A DNA stretch of 64,000 nt from Macrostomum lignano. Its lineage: Eukaryota. Numbering within the stretch: position 1 is the stretch's first letter; the number at the start of each line of letters is the position of its first letter. The DNA lies in the NCBI GenBank assembly GCA_002269645.1, contig NIVC01000405.1:242956-306955 (forward strand), given 5' to 3'. Shown piece by piece: positions 36,701 to 48,053 of this stretch. Made by a program: the position numbers and the translations under genes. The notes under the pieces were generated by a model, which saw only the letters and a program-made list of their open reading frames with translations, had not been told where the DNA came from and did not search any database.

Positions 36701-39700
36701 TCTGATGACCATAGGTTCTGATGACCATAGGTTCTGATGACCATAGGTTCTGATGACCATAGGTTCTGATGACCATAGGTCCAAATGTACTTTTAGCGGC
36801 ACAAGATGCAACGACAATCCAAGTAGGTTGAAACCTTATTAGAGATAGAAATATTTGTAGCGGGGTTGGACCTCGTAAAGCTTCTTTTTCATTTTGCCGC
36901 GACCCCACACCCCCTTATCCCAGTATCCGATGTGCTTCATCAAATCTCTGCTCAGCTGGTCCCAGCGGCATCATGCCTTTAACCCTGTCCTCTAATCCTC
37001 TGGAGGATTTCTGTCTGCACAGTTTGAATTGGTTCCAAAGTCTGCCATTCCTGTGCTCGCTTCGGTGCTCAAGGAAATATTGGTTGGCGGTGGGGATGCT
37101 GGGCATCGATGGAGGGGGATTAAGAGCGATGCTATAAGGCCGGGGCGGGAGCTGCTGCTCATGTTAATGAGTTACTTGTCATGCTTGGCCGCCGCTGACC
37201 GGCTTTCTATGAATCGCGAGCTCAAGACCGATCGGTTTTCTGTCCTGTTAAATGCTTGGCCCGTTTGAACTTTCTGCCACTTCACGTCTGACTTTCGTTC
37301 TTGTCACTCTCTTGTCACTCTCTTTGCTCATTCCTGTCACTCTCTTGTCCCTCCATCTCTAGTCACTCTCTTGTCCCTCCCTATCTTGTCACTTTCTTGT
37401 CTCTCCCTATTTTGTCACTCTCTTGTCCTTCCCTCTCTAGTCACTCTCTTGTCCCTCCATCTCTAGTCACTCTCTTGTCCTTCCCTCTCTAGTCACTCTC
37501 TTGTCCCTCCCTATCTTGTCACTCTCTTGTCCTTCCATCTCTAGTCACTCTCTTGTCCTTCCCTCTCTAGTCACTCTCTTGTCCTTCCCTCTCTAGTCAC
37601 TCTCTTGTCCTTCCCTCTCTAGTCACTCTCTTGTCTCTCCCTCTTTTGTCACTCTCTTGTCTCTCCCTCTCTAGTCACTCTCTTGTCCCTCTATCTCTAG
37701 GCCTTGACTCCGGTCACTCCTTTTATCCCTCCTCTTTTGTGTCTTTATAATTCATCTCACTCCCGTCTCTCCCCAGTCTAATTTCTGTATCTATCAGTCT
37801 CAAGAAAGTAGCCCTATGAAAAAAAAACTTAGATCGAAAGCTCTAACAGGCATCTACCAACCCTCCATGTACCAACCGCAGGAGAAGTGTACTACATGGG
37901 CCACTGGAAAGTAAACGTCGGCTTATTTAGACGCTTCTACCTACTAATAAGTAGTCAGGGCATCCGCTGTTTCAAACCGATGTACAAGGACCGCATGGTG
38001 ATTTTGGTGACGGCGAATTTGATCAACTGGACCATAGCCATATTCGGCGCAGTTCGTCAGCCGCAAGATTTCAACAGTTTCCTGCTGTACATCTTCCTAG
38101 TCAATCTGTTGATGTACATCGCATTTTATGTGGTGATGAAAGTTCGTAGCGGAGAAAAAATCCGACTTCTAACAACTCTGTTCGTTGTCGCCTCCTGCAT
38201 CACGTGGGCAGCCGGTTTGTACTTTTTCATGCAGCGGCCCAGCAACTGGGCTAAAAGTCCGGCAGATTCTCGCACACTGAACCAGCGCTGCCTGTTGTTG
38301 GACTTTTACGACATTCACGACATTTGGCACTTCCTGTCGTCTATGAGCCTGTTCTTCTCCTTCATGGTTCTGCTCACGCTCGATGACGATTTGGTGAGCA
38401 CGCCTAGGCATCAGATTCCTGTGTTCTGATTGGCTGACACTGATTACCATAACTCTGATTGGTTGAAACTGATTCACTGAGTTCTGATTGGCTGACACTG
38501 ATTCCCCCGGTTCTGATTGGCTGACACGATTCCCCCGGTTCTGATTGGTTAACACTCATTCCCTTAGTTCTGATTGGCTGACACTGATTACCTCAGTTCT
38601 GATTGGTTAACACTGATTCCCTCAGTTCTGATTGGCTGACACTCATTCCCTTAGTTCTGATTGGCTGACACTGATTCCCTTAGTTCTGATTGGCTGACAC
38701 TGATTCCCCCGGTTCTGATTGGCTGACACTGATTCCCTTAGTTCTGGTTGGCTGGCACTGATTCCCTCGGTTCTGATTGGCTGATACTGATTACCATAAT
38801 TCTGATTGGTTGAAACTGATTCACTGAGTTATGAATAGCTGACACTGATTCCCCCGGTTCTGATTGGCTGACACTGATTCCCTCGGTTCTGATTGGCTGA
38901 CACTGATTCCCTCAGTTCTGATTGGCTGACACTCATTACCTTAGTTCTGAATGGCTGACACTCATTCCCTCGGTTCTGATTGGCTGGCACTGATTCCCTC
39001 GGTTCCCGATTGGCTGGCACTGATTCCCTCAGTTCTGATTGGCTGACACTGATTCCCTTAGTTCTGATTGGCTGACACTGATTCCCTTAGTTCTGATTGG
39101 TTGAAACTGATTCACTGAGTTATGAATAGCTGACACTGATTACCCCGGTTCTGATTGGCTGACACTGATTCCCTCAGTTCTGATTGGCTGACACTGATTC
39201 CCTTAGTTCTGATTGGCTGACACTCATTCCCTCGGTTCTGATTGGCTGGCACTGATTCCCTCGGTTCCTGATTGGCTGGCACTGATTCCCTCAGTTCTGA
39301 TTGGCTGACACTGATTCCCTTAGTTCTGATTGGCTGACACTGATTCCCTCAGTTCTGATTGGCTGACACTGATTCCCTTAGTTCTGATTGGCTGACACTG
39401 ATTCCCTTAGTACTGATTGGCTGACACTCATTCCCTTAGTTCTGATTGGCTGACACTAATTCTCTCAGTTCTGATTGGCTGACACTGATTCCCTTAGTTC
39501 TGATTTGCTGACACTGATTCCCCGAGTTCTTATTTGCTGACACTGATTCCCTCGGTTCTGATTGGCTGACACTGATTCCCCCGGTTCTGATTGCTGACAC
39601 TGATTCCCTTAGTTCTGATTGCTGACGCTGATTCCCTCGGTTCTGATTGCTGACACTGATTCCCTTAGTTCTGATTGGCTGACACTGATTCCCTTAGTTC

Positions 39701-42700
39701 TGATTGGCTGACACTGATTCCCCCGGTTCTGATAGGCTGACACTGATTCCCTAAGTTTTGATTGGCTGACACTCATTCCCCCGGTTCTGATAGGCTGACA
39801 CTGATTCCTAAGTTCTGATTGGCTGACACTGATTCCCTTAGTTCTGATTTGCTGACACTGATTCCCTTAGTTCTGATTGGCTGACACTGATTCCCCCGGT
39901 TCTGATAGGCTGACACTGATTCCCTAAGTTCTGATTGGCTGACACTGATTCCCCCGGTTCTGATAGGCTGACACTGATTCCCTAAGTTCTGATTGGCTGA
40001 CACTGATTCCCTTAGTTCTGATTGGCTGACACTGATTCCCTTAGTTCTGATTGGCTGACACTGATTCCCTTAGTTCTGATTGGCTGACACTGATTCCCCC
40101 GGTTCTGATAGGCTGACACTGATTTCCTAAGTTCTGATTGGCTGACACTGATTCCCTTAGTTCTGATTGGCTGACACTGATTCCCTAAGTTCTGATTGGC
40201 TGACACTGATTCCCTCAGTTCTGATTGGCTGACACTGATTCCCCGAGTTCTTATTGGCTGCATTAATACCTCTGTAATACAAACTACAAGTTTCGTGGTT
40301 CGTATTTTCATATCAAGATTCTACATTTCAAATGTGTATACTACTTAACTATAAACCTTTGATTATATATAATTTATCAAAAGGTATCAGTCTATCAGAA
40401 TGCATATTTTGATTGAGAAAAAATTAGTTACATTGTACTTTCTATTCTCTGACAATTTGATAATCAAGAAAGGTAATCAAAATTTAATTTCCCGATTTTG
40501 ATTCATAAAAAATTATCGAGGATACACTATATATGAACTGTCATGTGTAATAAAGTATTATTCCAATCAGTTTCTAATACTTTTATTCGTAGAACTTTGT
40601 GTCCACCTAGTGATTTCTGCTTGCTAAAGCATAATATTGAATAATTAATTAGTATTGTTGATCGTTTTCTTAGAATGAGAAAATGCATATCTATTATTTT
40701 TGCTAATGGTTTCGGCATGAATTTTTCGTCTAAAAACTTATCTACAAGCACTCTTTGTTTAGTACTTACGCTACTATCTATAAACCCGCTTTACATTCGA
40801 TTTTCTTTTCAAACCGCTATACTATTGATCTTATATAGTTATCTAATGCGTCGCGCGAACCAATAAACTACTCATAGTAGTTAGAGCTATCAGTAGCAAA
40901 TTGTAAATAAATTAGTGACGAAAAATTTATTAATTTTCACTCTAGAGATGTTCGTGTCTGATTTTTTGGGTGTATTTTTATTAATGATATTCAAATGATA
41001 CTACTCGATCAAACTAGCGTTAGTAGTAAACTTTGTAAGAATTGGTTGATTTTGCGAAAAAAACACAGAAAAGAGTAAAAAATTCAACTTTTAACGAGCG
41101 TAAAAGTGCTGAGTTGGGAAGATAAAAAACAATCAAATCACGTGACCGCTCACCAACGGCAGTTCGTAGGTTCGATGGTGGACATTTTGCTGCTTCTGTT
41201 GTCTCTGCTGCTGCTGCTGCTGCTGCTGCTGGTTTGCCTGTCGGCGGTTTGTCGATGGCGGTGGCCTTCTAGACTCCGGCGCCTGCACCTCTTGCTGCTG
41301 CTGTTGCTGTTGCTTAGCAACCATCTTCGGTGCCGGCTTCTTCAGCTGTCCCGTTGCTCTCGAGCCCCATGGCGGTCGCTCAGCAACTGGCAAAGGTTTC
41401 TGCGATTTGCCTGGCTTTGCTTGCTGCCGCTGCCGCTGTTGCAGTCTCGGATCGTCACGTGACTCCGAAATGCGTCTGGTTCTTGAGACTGGCTGCGTTG
41501 CCTTCGCCTGTTGTTGTTGCTGCTGCTTGCGCTGAACTCGCTGATCTTCGCGAAGCTTTTCATCGCTCAGAACTCGGCGATGCTGCTTCTGCGGCGGCGG
41601 CGGTGGAGGCGATGCCGCTTGTCCGGGAGCTCCGTACAAATCTCCGTCATCGACGTCGTAATAGTCGTCGCCATTGCCGGACAGGCCGGGAATTTCGTCC
41701 GGGTCAACGATCACGTGACGATGCGAGGCGGCGGCTGCGGCGGCCGGTTGAAACTGGTGATGATGAAGCTGATGCTGGGGAGCTGGCGGCGGGCTTGGCG
41801 GAGGCTGAGGCTGAGCCTGAGCCTGGCTGCTGTTGGAGATGCCAGCATTGGCCAGAAGGCCCATCAGGTGAGGCGAATTACCGTAGGTTGCCAGCAGATT
41901 CTTCTTCAGATTGCTGGTGTCGTGACCGCCAGCTTCCAGTTTCTCAATCCTAGCGAGCGACTTCTGAATTCTGCGGGGGGTGGGCCGGGCGGGTTCCTTG
42001 GTGATTAGATAACAATGGATATAAGACTGCACTGAGACAATTCTGCACGCACTGATGCACACGCTCTCACTTTGATGTTTCCTCAGCTATGATCAGCGCT
42101 TGGGCCAGGTCGGTGGGCGATGCCTGCTGAGTCTTCGCAGCTGGAGCTGCGGCAGCTGCTGGCGCTGCCGTCTGGGTGGCGTAGGGAGGCTGCTGCACCT
42201 GGAGTGATCAGATGGATAAGAGGTAGAGCCGATGTGCGATCAGCCTTGAGGTTCCGGGTCGCTCGATTATGGGATTAATTTCTTAAACATTGGCAAAGCA
42301 AACAGGCAACTCTAAAAGTCTTTCTTCGCTATAGAAAGAAGAGAGCGGAAAGGAGAGAGCGAATCTTCACAATCCCACAATCTTCACAATCCCACAATCT
42401 TCACAATCCCACAATCTTCACAATCCCACAATCTTCACAATCCCACAATCTTCACAATCCCACAATCTTCACAATCCCACAATCTTCACAATCCCACAAT
42501 CTTCACAATCCCACAATCTTCACAATCCCACAATCTTCACAATCCCACAATCTTCACAATCCCCAATCTTCACAATCCCCAATCTTCACAATCCCCAATC
42601 TTCACAATCCCCAATCTTCACAATCCCCAATCTTCACAATCCCCAATCTTCACAATCCCCAATCTTCACAATCCCCAATCTTCACAATCCCCAATCTTCA

Positions 42701-43907
42701 CAATCCCACAATCTTCACAATCCCACAATCTTCACAATCCCACAATCTTCACAATCCCCAATCTTCACAATCCCCAATCTTCATAATCCCCAATCTTCAC
42801 AATCCCCAATCTTCACACTCCCCAATTTTCACACTCCCCAATATTTTCACAAACTCCAATCTTCACACTCTCTAATCTTCACACTCCCAAATCTTCTCAC
42901 TCCCCAATCTTCACAATCCCCAATATTTTTCACAAACTCTAATCATCACAATCCCCAATATTCACACTCCCAAATCTTCACAATCCCCAATATTTTCACA
43001 AACTCTAATCTTCACATTCCCAATCTTCACAATCTCCAATCTTCACACTCCCCAATCTTCACACTCCCCAATCTTCACACTCCCCAATCTTCACAATCCC
43101 CAATATCTTCAAAATCCCCAATCATCACAATCCCCAATATTCACACTCCTCAATCTTCACAATCCCCAATATTTTCACAAACTCCAATCTTCACATTCCC
43201 AATCTTCACAATCTCCAATCTTCACACTCCCCAATCTTCACACTCCCCAATCTTCACACTCCCCAATCTTCACAATCCCCAATATCTTCAAAATCCTCAA
43301 TCATCACAATCCCCAATATTCACACTCCCCAATCTTCACAATCCCCAATATTTTCACAAACTCCAATCTTCACATTCCCAATCTTCACAATCTCCAATCT
43401 TCACACTCCCCAATCTTCACACTCCCCAATCTTCACACTCCCCAATCTTCACACTCCCCAATCTTCACACTCTCTAATCTTCACAATCCCCAATCTTCAC
43501 ACTCCCCAATCTTCACAATCTCCAATCTTCACACTCCCCAATCTTCACACTCCCCAATCTTCACACTCCCTAATCTTCACACTCCCCAATCATCACATTC
43601 TCCAATCTTCACAACCTCCAATCTTCACAACCTCCAATCTTCACAATCTCCAATCTTCACAAGCTTCACCTGAGCCGCCTGCGGCTGATGAAGCTGCTGG
43701 GTCTCCCGAAATCGTCTCTCAGCCTCCGCGTCCTCCATCGCGGCCCTGGCCCGCTCCTGAGCTCGCTGGGCCTTGCGCTCCTCTGCCTGCGCCACCAGCG
43801 CCGCCTGATGCTCCAAGTCGCGTCGGCGTCGATCCTCGTCGACAGGACCGCCGCCGTTGCCGCCGCCAAAAATGCCACCCCGACCGCGCTCGAAGCCGGT
43901 GGATGAT

Positions 43908-43967
<60 letters not shown>

Positions 43968-44373
43968 GGCGGCGGGGGAGGCAGCTGTTGCTGCTGCTGA
44001 CTAGACCAAAACTTTGCAGGCGGCGGCTCGCCGCTCTGCTTTGCTCGACGCTGGGCCTCGCGCTGGCTCTCCAAATCTGCCAGCCACTGCCGGCGGGCCG
44101 CCTCCTTGGCTGCTTCGAACCGGCTCTCGTCTGGTGCGATCTCGCCGCTCAGGAAGGAGCTTCTGATGGCGGCCGGCTGGTGCGAGGAGGCCAAGTCCAG
44201 CTGATGAGGCTGCTGAGGCTGCTGCTCGGGGAGGCTCGGGCGGCGCTGCGGCGGTCTGCAAAATATTTAGCCGATAGAAAATTATTTAAATAAAGAAAAA
44301 CAGGCCAGCAGACAGACAGACAGACAGACAGACAGATAGACAGACAGACAGACAGATAGACAGACAGACAGTC

Positions 44374-44472
<99 letters not shown>

Positions 44473-44525
44473 AAGACAGACAGGCAGACAGACAGACAGA
44501 TAGACAGACAGACAGACAGACAGTC

Positions 44526-44586
<61 letters not shown>

Positions 44587-44603
44587 CACAGACAGACAGA
44601 TAC

Positions 44604-44642
<39 letters not shown>

Positions 44643-44709
44643 TACAGACAGACAGACAGAGAGACAGACAGACAGAAAGACAGACAGACACGCAGACAGA
44701 CAGACAGAC

Positions 44710-44794
<85 letters not shown>

Positions 44795-44797
44795 GGC

Positions 44798-44868
<71 letters not shown>

Positions 44869-44885
44869 AAGACAGACAGACAGGC

Positions 44886-44948
<63 letters not shown>

Positions 44949-44965
44949 AAGACAGACAGACAGGC

Positions 44966-45004
<39 letters not shown>

Positions 45005-45039
45005 AAGACAGACAGACATACAGACAGACAGACAGAGAC

Positions 45040-45104
<65 letters not shown>

Positions 45105-45109
45105 TAGAC

Positions 45110-45160
<51 letters not shown>

Positions 45161-45177
45161 TAGACAGACAGACAGAC

Positions 45178-45236
<59 letters not shown>

Positions 45237-45239
45237 GAC

Positions 45240-45328
<89 letters not shown>

Positions 45329-45329
45329 A

Positions 45330-45408
<79 letters not shown>

Positions 45409-45425
45409 TAGACAGACAGACAGAC

Positions 45426-45476
<51 letters not shown>

Positions 45477-45479
45477 GAC

Positions 45480-45556
<77 letters not shown>

Positions 45557-48053
45557 GACAGAGACAGACAGACAGACAGATCACTATCCCAAAATGTCAG
45601 ACACTAACTGTGCAGTTTGCTGCTGCTGCTGTTCTTGCTGCTGAAATCTTCCAGAAGAAGACAGAGGCGGCGCGCCCGCCCCTGGGCGGCCCCAGGGCTC
45701 ATAGCCGGCCAGGCCCTTCTGTTCAGCCAGCTCTTGGGCCCACTGAAGGCGTTTGCGCTCAGCTTTGGTGAGCGGAGCGGCTGGCGGCGGAGCTGCTGCC
45801 TGAGCGGCAGGCGCCTCTTTGCTTTTCGGCCCCACGACATTTGAAGTCTGCAGCATCTGCTGCTGCTGATCAGCCGTCCTGGATGCTGGTTCGGCTGCAG
45901 CCTAAAAAGTTTTTTTTCATTTTTATCGTTTTCCTCATATCGGCGCTTTGAATATCTACGATCTGCTCTCTCCTTCTGCTCTCTTCTTTCCCGCTCTCTC
46001 CTTTCCGCTCCCTCCTTTCCGCTCTCTCTTTTCCGCTCCCTCCTTTCCGCTCTCTCCTTTCCGCTCTCTCTTTTCCGCTCCCTCCTTTCCGCTCCCTCCT
46101 ATCCGCCCTTTACTATCCGGTCTCTCCTTTCCGCTCTCTCGTTTCCGCTCTCTCTTTTCCGCTCTCTCCTTTTCGCTCCCTCCTTTCCGCTCTCTCCCTT
46201 CCGCTCTCTCTTTTCCGCTCTCTCCTTTCCGCTCCCTCCTATCCGCCCTTTACTATCCGGTCTCTCCTTTCCGCTCTCTCCTTTCCGCTCTCTCTTTTCC
46301 GCTTCCTCCTTTCCGCTCTCTCCCTTCCGCTCTCTCTTTTCCGCTCTCTCCTTTCCGCTCCCTCCTATCCGCCCTTTACTATCCAGTCTCTCCTTTCCGC
46401 TCTCTCCTTTCCGCTCTCTCCTTTCCGCTCCCTCCCTTCCGCTCTCTCCTTTCCGCTCTCTCCCTTCCGCTCTCTCCTTTCCGCTCTCTCCTTTCCGCTC
46501 TCTCCTTTCCGCTCTCTCCTTTCCGCTCTCTCCCTTCCGCTCTCTCCTTTCCGCTCTCTCCTTTCCGCTCTCTTCTTTCCTGCTCTCTCCTTTCCGCTTT
46601 CTCCTTTCCGCTCTCTCCTTTCCGCTCTCTTCTTTCCCGCTCTCTCCTTTCCGCTCTCTTCTTTCCCGCTCTCTCCTTTCCGCTCCCTCCCTTCCGCTCT
46701 CTCCTTTCCGCTCTCTCCTTTCCGCTCTCTTCTTTCCTGCTCTCTCCTTTCCGCTTTCTCCTTTCCGCTCTCTCCTTTCCGCTCTCTTCTTTCCCGCTCT
46801 CTCCTTTCCGCTCTCTCCTTTCCCGCTCTCTCCTTTCCGCTCTCTCCTTTCCGCTCTCTTCTTTCCCGCTCTCTCCTTTCCGCTTTCTCCTTTCAGCTCT
46901 CTCCTTTCCACTCCATCCTATCCGCCCTTTACTATCCTCTCTCTCCTTTCCGCTCTCTCCTCACCTTGGCCGCCTGTTTCCTGGGCGCAGCTGCAGGCGG
47001 CGCAGCTTCACCACCGGAGCAGCGCCATCATCTTGCGAGAGCATTCGCTGTTTCTCCTCAACGTAAACCTTTGACAGCAAGTCAACAAGAGCGTCCTCGC
47101 TCAGCTTGTCCATATTCTCAGCTATCAATCGTTGCATTTTTTCGTCCAGCGTTTCGCCGGATTTCCCCGTCACCGCCGATGGTGTTGTAGTTGCTGTTGG
47201 CTTTGTCGCCGGCGGTTTTGGGGGCTTCTTTGAAGTGTCCACTTCTTCAGCGGCCGCTGGAGCCCGCTTGGGTGGCTTCAACGGAGCGTCGTCCGACACG
47301 GCCCAGGGCTGGTGTAGTCGGCCCTCGATTTTCACTCGATTTTGCTGGCCGTCTGCGGGCGATTTATATTACTAATAGTAGCTCACAACACTACGCCTAT
47401 TTACGCAAAACGCTTAGCTTATTACGACTGAAACTAATCTTTTTCTTGAATTGTATTGAACAGATTATAAATTTGAAAATTCTCCATAGAAAGAGGATAT
47501 TTCTTCTAAAGAACCATTTTCCGTTTCAGCGATGTGAGATGCTCATTTTTGACTACTAAAAGTAGCAACCAAAACATTTTAGCTGTTCACAATTAACTAA
47601 AAGCTAAAAAAACTTACCGACTTCAATTTGAACGTCTCGTTCTCCATTTGAAGTCAACTTTTCCACTGACTGCATTATCGCCTTCAGCTGCGTCTCAGTC
47701 AGAACCCCGGCTTCATCAACACCCAATGGATTTTTTCTTAGCGCCTGCAAATCCTGCTGCGAATTTCCAGCTCGACGATTTCCGGCCGTCGGCTTCTGCG
47801 GCTGAGTCTGATTTGGTCGAGTTTGACCTTGTTTGACCTCTCGCCCAGCGCCGGGTCCGCCGTTTCTTTGCTTACCTCGACTGCCACCTCGAGGATTTTG
47901 CTCTGGTTGAAATTATTCAATTGGCGAGAATTCTTGTCAAAAGTGTTTGCATAAATTTCATGGAAAACTGTTTAATAGAGCATTTTGCTTACCTGCTTGA
48001 AATGTTATCTTTGGCCTGCCTTTCTCATCCTTCCTGGTATCAAACTTTATCAT
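21789..48053 (-). CDS. CCDC66: CCDC66 homolog (centriolar satellite/ciliary coiled-coil protein), ~1016 aa, one apparent -1 indel at ~47014
   Basis: Minus-strand exons 48053-47993, 47902-47618, 47352-46965, 45901-45609, 44255-43670, 42198-42071, 41970-41154, 22961-22608, 21926-21789. All are GT-AG, and phases match once one base is restored in exon 3. CCDC66-like blocks recognised from memory: [28 protein letters not shown]...[30 protein letters not shown], and the C-terminal [10 protein letters not shown]...[24 protein letters not shown]. The start exon is uncertain. Confidence 0.8.
22050..22570. repeat. 21-bp minisatellite (CTACAGTCGGGTAGCAACAAT) in CCDC66 intron 8
   Basis: About 22 copies, starting ~35 nt from the donor. 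Confidence 0.92.
23012..23250. repeat. 16/17-bp repeat (GAGAGTGGGGTGTCTGG) next to the CCDC66 exon 8 acceptor
   Basis: About 14 copies. Confidence 0.9.
23885..25600. repeat. 14-bp satellite (TATTCTGCATCCTG) with higher-order organisation, in CCDC66 intron 7
   Basis: More than 100 units, interrupted three times by the same ~60-nt non-repeat segment. Confidence 0.95.
26092..29190. repeat. 31-34-bp satellite (CAGCCAGTGTCTCTAG[G]GTGAGA[T/C]TCTCA...) in CCDC66 intron 7
   Basis: About 3.1 kb, roughly 90-95 units built from a few recurring variants. Confidence 0.95.
29700..30060. repeat. 28-bp minisatellite (CTCAGATTGAAACTGGCGCTACTGACAG) upstream of SID-1
   Basis: About 11 copies. Confidence 0.9.
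31520..38429 (+). CDS. SIDT1: SID-1/SIDT transmembrane family protein (dsRNA/cholesterol uptake family), ~912 aa, two coding exons
   Basis: Exons 31520-33710 and 37882-38429 (phase 1, GT-AG; the junction reads FLTG|EVYYMGHWK). Signal peptide is present. Ectodomain motif [19 protein letters not shown]; membrane-domain motifs LFVSDL...[60 protein letters not shown]; C-terminal IPVF. The symbol is family level (SIDT1/SIDT2/sid-1-like). Confidence 0.95.
33733..34030. repeat. Telomere-variant-like hexamer tract (CCCTAG/CCTTAG)n at the start of the SID-1 intron
   Basis: About 48 hexamers starting ~22 nt after the donor; translates as the spurious SPSPSP tail of the 858-aa ORF. Confidence 0.9.
34596..36045. 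repeat. 22-bp satellite (AAATGGCGCCCCACTCAGATT[G/A]) in the SID-1 intron
   Basis: About 63 copies. Confidence 0.95.
36580..36782. repeat. 16-bp repeat (GTTCTGATGACCATAG) in the SID-1 intron
   Basis: About 6 perfect copies plus degenerate ones. Confidence 0.85.
37290..37710. repeat. 26-bp pyrimidine-rich repeat (CTCTCTTGTCCTTCCCTCTCTAGTCA) near the SID-1 intron acceptor
   Basis: About 15 copies. Confidence 0.9.
38413..40262. repeat. 29-bp satellite (TTCTGATTGGCTGACACTGATTCCCTTAG) starting at the SID-1 stop codon
   Basis: About 60 copies; the first unit overlaps the codons for IPVF-stop. Confidence 0.95.
42363..43665. repeat. 16/17-bp minisatellite (TCTTCACAATCCC[A]CAA) filling CCDC66 intron 5
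   Basis: About 75 units, with divergence graded along the array. Confidence 0.93.
44310..45580. repeat. (CAGA)n microsatellite filling CCDC66 intron 4
   Basis: About 1.27 kb; source of the spurious CLSVCLSV ORFs. Confidence 0.97.
45965..46960. repeat. ~14-bp pyrimidine repeat (TTCCGCTCTCTCCT) filling CCDC66 intron 3
   Basis: About 1 kb, starting 4 nt from the donor at 46964. Confidence 0.93.

Noticed and set aside
36900-37270. GC-richer island with short ORFs in the SID-1 intron (possible extra exon or retroelement relic)
   Set aside because: Stops occur in most frames, no motif is recognisable, and neither gene model needs it.
44286-45584. 432-aa (CLSV)n ORF and similar ORFs at 54 kb
   Set aside because: (CAGA)n microsatellite inside CCDC66 intron 4.
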